Source: Piromyces finnis finn (lineage: Eukaryota; Fungi; Neocallimastigomycota). Taken from it: a stretch of DNA of 64,000 bases. Location: assembly GCA_002104945.1 (NCBI GenBank), contig MCFH01000031.1, forward strand, positions 124,001-188,000. Reading direction: 5' to 3'. The position numbers and the translations under genes were made by a program. A model generated the notes under the pieces. That model had not been told where the DNA came from, ran no database searches, and saw nothing but the letters and a program-made list of their open reading frames with translations. Shown here one piece after another: positions 60,375 through 64,000 of this stretch (the first letter of the stretch is position 1; each line of letters begins with the position of its first letter).

Positions 60375-63300
60375 TTATTTAAATAAACCTTGTTTAGGAG
60401 CATTTGAATTAAATAATGATGTTGAAGTGCTACCAAAACCAGTTGATGTAGTGCCAAAACCTGTAGTAGTAGTACCAGTGGTTCCGAAACCAGTTTTATT
60501 AGCACCAAATGCGGTAGTGGTATTAGTGTTACCAAATCCAGTTGATGTAGTGCCAAAACCTGTAGTAGTAGTACCAGTGGTTCCGAAACCAGTTTTATTA
60601 GCACCAAATGCGGTAGTAGTATTAGTGTTACCAAATCCAGTTGATGTAGTGCCAAAACCTGTAGTAGTAGTACCAGTGGTTCCGAAACCAGTTTTATTGG
60701 CACCAAATGCAGTGGTAGTATTTGTACTTCCAAATGCAGTGGTACCTGTAGCACTTCCAAAAGCAGTGGAAGTAGAACCAAATCCAGAAGTACCAGTAGT
60801 TCCAAAACCACCAAATTTATTTGTAGTTGAAGCAGCAGCTGGTTGCATTGAAGATGCATCTATATTTAACAAAATAAAATTATATGAAAAAAATATTACA
60901 TTAATTTATTTTTTCTTTCTTTTATATAAATAAAATTATGCTATAATAAAGCTTTATATTACTAAGAGATGCTGATGGTTTTAATGAACTAGCAATGGTA
61001 GATAATGATAATTTTTCATTAACAGCTATATTATATAATTTATTATTAATGATGAATAAATAAATGAATAAATTATAAATTGATAATTAATAATAGATAA
61101 TAAACTGTTATTTTTTTTTTTTAATTTTATTTTTGAAAATCAAATTAATTTATTGATAAATACTTTTGTTTTTAATATTTCCTGATGGAACATCGTTTGA
61201 GTATTTTGATCTGAAAGATTGATATTCTTGTCTTCTTTTATCAATGTCATCATTAAGTGATGCAACCTTAGAAGAAAGGTACATTATACTTTCATGTTGA
61301 TTTCTCAATATTTCAACCAATTCTATTTATTAATTTTAAATATTTAAGTGTATCATGTATATAATGTTAATAATATTTAGAAAAAAAAAAAAAAATAGAT
61401 TATAAATTAATTATTATAAAAATTATAATTTACCTTGTGGATTGTGTTGAGTATTTTGTGACATAGATAATAATTGTTGTTCAATTTCGTCAATACTTTG
61501 TCTGTATATTTGCATTTTTTCTTCAAATCCTGTACAAAGATTTTCAAAGTATCTGTTATTTTTATTGTTTTTGAAAGTTATATGAATAATTTATTTTGTT
61601 AATGGTTTATTTAATAATTAATAATGTTAATTAATATATAATTTATTTATTTTTTTTTTTTGAAAATGAAATTTAATTATATAGTTTTGTTAATTACATA
61701 CTCTGAAATTCCATCATGGAATGAATATATGTCTTTAGTTTGATTTTGATTATTTAATCTATCAATAAAACGTGTTGCTAATTCAGCATTTCTTAATTCA
61801 CCAGCAACCTTTTTCTTTAAATCATTAATTAAATAATTATCTCTTTCTAATATATTGGTTAAAGAAGTTAATTTCTTTAATTTTTTAAATGTATTTAACA
61901 TTATTATTTTGATAAAAAAATAATTAATAATTTGAATTTTGTGATTATTATATATAGTATAAAAATTGTATTGAATGTAGTCTTCATTTATATAATACTA
62001 TACTTGTGATAATTCTTGAGTATCTTCATTAACTTTTTGAATTGCATTTGGAATTGTACTTTGTGATATTGATTCAAAAATATGTATTTGGTCTTGTATC
62101 ATTTTACTTTTTTAAAATATTAAAATTAGTTTAAATATATTTTTTTAATTTTTTTTTTTTTTTTAAATTGAATATATAAATTAAAGAAAGGAAAAAAAAA
62201 ATACTCTAAGTTATCAAGTTCTAATTTCATGTTATCTGGTAATGCAGAATAATGTGTATCTGGTGCTAAGGTTTGTAAATTAATTGGTTGGGTTGCTCTT
62301 ATTTTATTTATTTTAGTTTAATTTAAATAATGAATAAAATATTTTTTAGAGTTAAATTTAAAGGTTATAACAGAAGTATTAAGTAATTTTAATTAATGTT
62401 GGCAAATGATTTTTATTTGAATATTTTATCATTATAAGGATGTGTGTTTTTGTATTTATAAATAACATTAATTTGGATGATATTCATTATATTATAATTA
62501 TTAAAATTATTAATATTATTTTATTATAAATTAATATATAAAAATAAAGTAATATTCATAAAATATAAGTTAGTTATTATTATTATTATTATTATATTTT
62601 AAAGATTTATGTATATACATTATAAGATACTAACGTAGCGCCAGCAGCAGTAGTAGTTGCTGTTGAGCCAAACATACCGGTAGTCTGAGGTTTACTAGTA
62701 CCGAATGCGAATCCTGAAGTTGTTTTATTAGCTGTTTGAGGTGTGGTAGTTACTGTTGAACCAAATGAACTCATAGATGGAGCAGAAGTTTTAGCTCCGA
62801 ATAATCCACCTGTGGAAGTTGAAGAAGTGGTTGCTCCAAATAAATTTGTGGAAGGAGCAGAAGAAGCAGTAGCTCCAAATAAACTTGTAGTAGGAGCAGA
62901 GGAAGCAGTAGCTCCAAATAAATTTGTGGAAGAAACAGAGGTTGTTGTTGTTCCAAATGTATTAGTGGCAGGTGCAGAGGTAGCAGTAGTACCAAATGTA
63001 AATCCTGAAGATTGTTTAGAAGTTGAGCCAAAAAGGCCAGTAGTTGGTGTAGAGGTAGTAGCTGTAGTACTACCGCCAAATTTAATTCCAGTGGTAGTTG
63101 TATTTGCTTGGGTATTGCTATTATTACTTCCGAAACTTTTTAATTTTTTATTGAATAGATTATCACATATATAATTTTTTTCAATAAAAATGTGATTAAA
63201 TCAATTTGAAATTTGGTATGTTTAATATTTCAATTAATGATATTTAAAAATACATTATTTTTTATAATTGTTAAAATATTTAATGGATTTATTGTATTAT

Positions 63301-63397
63301 ATATAATTAAAATATATAAATAAATAATAATTATATAAATGAGCATTACATTAACATTTTAATAATACATAAGAATTATAAACAATTACCTGAACAT
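60375..63397 (-). CDS. NUP49: FG-repeat nucleoporin of the Nup49/Nup58 family (N-terminal FG region, central coiled coil, C-terminal FG region)
   Basis: An 8-nt first exon aaaATG TTC AG|gtaatt (63397-63390) joins T TTC GGA (63135) to give MFSFGSNNS. It is followed by many LFG/FG repeats, THYSALPDNMKLELDNLD, and coiled-coil exons (DLKKKVAGELRNAELATRF; EEKMQIYRQSIDEIEQQL; LRNQHESIMYLSSKVASL). A second FG tail ends KQGLFK*. Confidence 0.8.
60433..60729 (-). repeat. Three tandem 99-bp (33-aa) FG-encoding units in the nucleoporin C-terminus
   Basis: Units start at 60433, 60532 and 60631 and encode GFGTTSTGFGNTNTTTAFGANKTGFGTTGTTTT, with near-identity at the DNA level. Confidence 0.92.
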
Positions 63398-64000
63398 TTT
63401 AATTATTAATATCTATAATCCTGGAATTCAATTTATTTTATCTTTTTCGTAATTTTAGTATTTTTTTTTTTTTTTTCTATTTAAAATTCTATCGTTATTT
63501 AAAAAAATAATAATAATTTTATTATTATTTTTTAATATTTCTGTTTTTATTGTATATGTATATAAATTGATAATTAGTTAATATTACAATAATTTTTAGT
63601 TTTTAAAAATGGATTTTTTTTTTTATTATTATTTTATGAAATTTCATTATATAGAAAGATTATATATATACATATATTTAAATATTTTGAATTTTGAAAT
63701 TTATAATTAAGAAATGCAAAATTTATATAGATAAAAATTATTTGATTTGATGTATATTATTTAAAATGTTTTAAGATGTTATTATATTATTACATTATTT
63801 AACATTGATGAACATATTGAATTATTAATATGAATATTATTATTTTAATTAATATTATATATCTAAATAAATCATTTTATTAACATTAATATAGTTTAAA
63901 TACTTTACTTTTAAATTATCTTGATATAAAAACTTTTTTTTTTTTTTTGACGTTATATGAATATTTTAAAAAAGTTTTATATTTTATTAAATAAAAGTCA

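Noticed and set aside
60335-63174. Pro/Val-rich plus-strand ORFs (60427-60933, 62743-63174) and off-frame minus ORFs (60335-60859, 62771-63079)
   Set aside because: They are shadows of the FG-nucleoporin exons.

Overview
Very AT-rich, intron-containing eukaryotic DNA with poly-Asn tracts and (ATT)n/(ATTT)n microsatellites. Together with flagellum-associated genes, this points to a zoosporic fungus, most likely an anaerobic gut fungus (Neocallimastigomycota); that assignment is an inference. I could reconstruct 11 protein-coding genes by hand. In order they are an intronless Sel1-repeat protein, a ~35-exon GH38 alpha-mannosidase (Ams1/MAN2C1 type), a Dlt1-like membrane protein, a head-to-head MFI(C11orf65)/RABL2 pair, an unannotated 120-aa six-exon gene, a bacterial-type 67K SppA protease, cullin-1, a ~13.7-kb apparently single-exon giant acidic repeat protein, a ~2,900-aa CAMSAP/Patronin-like protein, and a Nup49/Nup58-type FG nucleoporin. 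The giant protein has 20 near-identical ~378-bp units plus ~16-19 diverged copies of an EEIVEVP..KRIIKY..INPxTGEKEI module. The CAMSAP-like protein has two CH-type domains, a C-terminal CKK domain and a predicted 4-nt micro-exon. These two genes are the most novel-looking and are divergently transcribed. I recognised no rRNA, tRNA, CRISPR array or transposon. Exon coordinates were read by eye and may be off by a few bases.
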